DNA of 64,000 nt from Octopus vulgaris. Lineage: Eukaryota. The notes under the pieces were generated by a model that worked only from the letters and a program-made list of their open reading frames with translations, did no database searches and had not been told where the DNA came from. Both the position numbers and the translations under genes were made by a program. The DNA lies in contig OX597831.1 of the NCBI GenBank assembly GCA_951406725.2, positions 26,908,001-26,972,000 on the forward strand, given 5' to 3'. This document shows, piece by piece, positions 56,493 to 64,000 of the stretch (its first letter is position 1; every line of letters starts with the position of its first letter).

Positions 56493-56790
56493 CTCTTTCT
56501 TTCTTTATTTCTCTCTCACTTTCACTATATATATATATATATATACACACACACAAATACTTACTATAATTTAGCTGTTGGCAGTAGTTTCCTCGTTGCT
56601 CCCATCTGACTTTGGTTATTGTCAAAGAATAATAACAGGAAGTCCTTTTTACCTACCAGACTCTCTGACGATCTAACTGTCTCTCTGACCGTCTTTCTGT
56701 CTACCTGTAGGTGTGTGTAAAATGTATGTAAGTATACAGTATACACACACACAGCAAATGTATATGTGTGTATGTTATATATATATACAC

Positions 56791-56861
<71 letters not shown>

Positions 56862-57186
56862 GCGTGTGTGGGTGGGTGCAGGCGTAGCTGTGTGGTAAGT
56901 AGCTTACTTAACAACATGGTTCTGGGTTCACTTCCATTGCGTGGCACCTCGGGTGAGTTTCTCTTCCTGTAGCCCCAGCCGACCAAAGACATGGGAGTGG
57001 ATTTGGTAGACACAAACCGAAAGAAGCCCGTCATATATAATACATACATACATACATACATATATGTATATAAATGTGTATTTGTCTGAAGATATATGTG
57101 TGTGTTACAGAAACACACACACGCACTAGATAGATATATATACATACATACATTCATACATATACATACATACATACATACATACA

Positions 57187-60660
<3,474 letters not shown>

Positions 60661-60888
60661 TTCTTTACTGCCCACAAGGGGCTAAACACAGAGGGGACAA
60701 ACAAGGAAAGGCAAACGGATTAAGTCGATTACATCGACCTCAGTGCGTAACTGGTACTTAATTTATCGACCCCGAAAGGATGAAAGGCAAAGTCGACCTC
60801 AGATAGATAGATACACATATTTATATATCTGTATACATATATACATATATTAAACTGATAAGTGTAGATATTAGATCTTGATCTTAGC

Positions 60889-60963
<75 letters not shown>

Positions 60964-61587
60964 CATACACACACACTCAAACATATACTTACATATATAT
61001 ATATATGTGTGTGTGTGTTCTTTGATAAGCAGACGGCCTCAAATTTGGTGAGATATGGCAGCGGGCGGGTAGTGGGGTTAGTTGAATAAATCGACCGCAG
61101 TAATTGACTGGTATTTTTATTTCATCGACCCACGAGGGACGAAAGGAAAGGTTGGCCTGAGCGGGAATAGAACTCGGAACGTTGAGAACAAGAACAAAAT
61201 AGTGCAAGTCATATTCACTGAAAACTTAATGATTCTACCAGCCCTTAATGATATATATATAATGATATTTTTGCATAAAGAGGGAAATTGAAGCAATTAC
61301 AGTGGACGTAAGGAGGGAGTGCTCCTGTGGAATGGGGGGAAGGGGGACTATTAAAGAGTCCGGATAGAAAAGAAGAGGAAGCAGGTTACGAAGAGGATGA
61401 GGGGGGCATATTCTGTGCGTCTGACTGTCAGTGTGTCTGTCCTTTTGAACGCATACACACTCACACACACACATAACTATACATACATACATACATACAC
61501 ATATCTGTATATATTATATATATATATATATATACATATCTCATATATATATATTCATGTATGTATTATGTATGTATTATATATATG

Positions 61588-61626
<39 letters not shown>

Positions 61627-61731
61627 CATACATATGTGTGTGTTCATGTAATTATATATATATATTTGGTTGAGCTGTATAAAGTGGATAACTATACCAT
61701 TTATTTCTTCATTATATATACATACACACAT

Positions 61732-61788
<57 letters not shown>

Positions 61789-62139
61789 AACATATGTATA
61801 TAATATATATATTATATACGCATTATATATATGTATGTGTGTATATACACATATGTGTGTGTGTGAGTGTGTGTGTGTCGGTATGTGTATGAAGGTGAGG
61901 GTATGCGTTTATATGTGTATATTAACAGCTGTATGTAAGTGGTGTATTTACGCAATATAAATCAGCAAGTAATGGTGTATATATAATGCCTGTTATATGT
62001 AGCACCATTTCTTCCTAGTGAATCTCGTGAGACTATATAAACACATATGCGCACATGTTTATCTACACCTACGTACATACAAACGCGTGCATATGTGTGA
62101 GTGTTACATACACAAACACATAGACACGAACACACACAC

Positions 62140-62179
<40 letters not shown>

Positions 62180-62444
62180 CGTGTAATGGTGGATAAATAA
62201 TATCAATAAATTTTACAACTTCCTGTTTTCTTATGTATACATATGTGTGTGTGTGTGTGAGAGAGAGTGTGTGTGTGTGTGTATGTATGTAGTTATGTAG
62301 GTAGGTAAGGAGGAGGAAGGGAGGCAGGCAAGCAGGTAGGTAGGTAGGTAAATAGGTAACGAGTCGAATGATTGAAGAATAGATTAGTTGTGAATACATA
62401 TATAGATTTATAAGACACACACACCCCACACACATATATAAATA

Positions 62445-62657
62445 TTTTTTCTCTCCTTTTTTTGACTCTCCCTTTTTTTTCTCCTTGTTTCTCTCCTTGT
62501 TTTTTTTTCTCTTCTTGTTTCTCTCCTTGTTTTTTCTGTGTACCTTTCTGTAGAAGGGTGTAGGCTCGAAACGTAAAAGACTTTTTCTATTCCTGAGCGT
62601 TATACTAATTGTTTTGTACACCACCTGTCTTCGTCTTTTGTTTTTTTCGTAAACTTT

Positions 62658-62736
<79 letters not shown>

Positions 62737-62865
62737 AAAAAAAGACGAAGACAGGTGGTGTAGACAATAAACAGATGTATTAGTATAACGCTACGGAAGT
62801 GAAAAAGTCTTTAACGTTCCGACCCTACGCTCTTCCACAGAAAGAAACACAGAAAGAAGCAAAGT
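62445..62865. mobile_element. Inverted pair of family F elements around (TA)n; hammerhead-like motif at 62544-62579 (plus) and a decayed one at ~62805-62845 (minus)
   Basis: Plus copy reads cttt-ctgtaga-a-gggt-gtag-gctc-gaaa-cgta-aaag. The segment caccacctgtcttcgtctttt is mirrored by aaaagacgaagacaggtggtg. Confidence 0.85.
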
Positions 62866-62914
62866 ATATATATATATATATTCACACATGCATACATACA
62901 TCATCTTTCTTTTT

Positions 62915-63332
62915 TTCAGGATTGTCCTAAGTACAGCGCGTATCCTTTTGACTTTCTTCTCTCTTTTCTCTTGTCGAAGAAAATATTTCTCCAGCGTTCG
63001 TTATTTTACCGTCGTTCTGATCTAACGACCTTCCATGTTTGTTTTCGTTCGGTTTCCTTGTATGGCTCCACTGTCCTGTTTTTGTTCCCAGCTTTGACTC
63101 TCCATAAATCCCAAATTTTATTTTGGTACTTATGGGAGCAACTATCTTCGAAGACTCATAGTGTCGTTCATTGCTCGAAATGAGGAGTAGATAGACAGCC
63201 GAATACTGGCGAAGGGTCGTTGTTTATGTTACTTGTCCTGTTTTCCATTTGTTTCTCTCGTTGTTTGCGTATTGAACTCATTTGTTTTCGTATTTCATGT
63301 TGTTTACTGTTGGTGACGTCCTGTACCCATAT
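62915..63332 (+). mobile_element. Longest family E element
   Basis: Colinear with 18942-19265 (minus) and 39508-39826, and ends gtgacgtcctgtacccatat. Confidence 0.8.
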
Positions 63333-64000
63333 ATGCATATGTGCGTGTGTGTGTATATGTATGTATATATATCATATACACATACCTATACATATATGTA
63401 TATGTATCTATGTGTGTAATTGTGTCCGTGTTTGTCCTCCCACCATCGCCTGACAACCTATGTTGGGGTTTATGTCACCGTAACTTAACGGTTCGGCAAA
63501 AAGAGACCGATAGGATAAGTCGTGGGGTCGATTTCTTTGACTGAAACCTTTTAAGGCGGTACTCCAGCATGGCCGCACTCCAAATGACTGAAACTTGTAA
63601 AAGAGTATATGTGAATGTATGTGTGTGTCTGCGTTTGTGTAAGTATTTGTGCTTGTTTCTTTCGCCCATCACCGCTTAACAACCGGTGTTGGTGTATTTA
63701 CATCCTTGTCATAAAGCGGTTCCTTCAAAGTGAGCGATTGAATAAGATCCAGGTTTTTAAAAAAACCTGAGTACTGTACTTTTATTCACTCGATTAAAAA
63801 TCTTTAAGGCGCTGCCCCAGCGCGGCCGCATTCTACTGACTGAAACAAGTAATAATGAAAATAATAGTTAAAAGATGTATGTATGTATGTATGTATGTAT
63901 GCAGGAGTGGCTGTGTGGTAAGTAGCTTGCTAACCAACCACATGGTTCCGGGTTCAGTCCCACTGCGTGGCATCTTGGGCAAGTGTCTTCTGCTATAGCC

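Overview
This is AT-rich, extremely microsatellite-dense animal DNA, probably intronic or intergenic. The repeat families look like octopus or another coleoid cephalopod, which is an inference from SINE architecture and repeat content. No intact protein-coding gene is evident, and nearly all ORF-track entries are simple-repeat artefacts. Recognisable coding remnants all derive from transposons: a decayed Helitron Rep/PIF1 helicase (57.3-60.6 kb, minus), two internally deleted mariners plus a mariner HTH fragment, a CR1/L2-type endonuclease fragment, and an RTE LINE 3' end with an inverted 5' segment. About 45 tRNA-derived SINE copies from 4-5 families, fold-back MITEs and non-autonomous Helitron ends fill much of the rest. 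The main unexplained signal is about a dozen type-I hammerhead-ribozyme motifs, read by hand, in at least six short non-coding families, mostly beside (TA)n/(CA)n tracts. Four have canonical CUGANGA cores (31566, 41686, 43503, 46742). Others carry family-wide variant cores (UUGANGA, CUGUNGA), with pairing-compatible stem changes between copies. This suggests a diverse set of non-autonomous Penelope-like elements or retrozymes. Also noted are modular tail-swapping in one SINE head, a 70-bp GC-rich hairpin minisatellite, and a few candidate minus-strand exons and regulatory motifs. Family letters are my own labels, and all folds and coordinates were derived manually.
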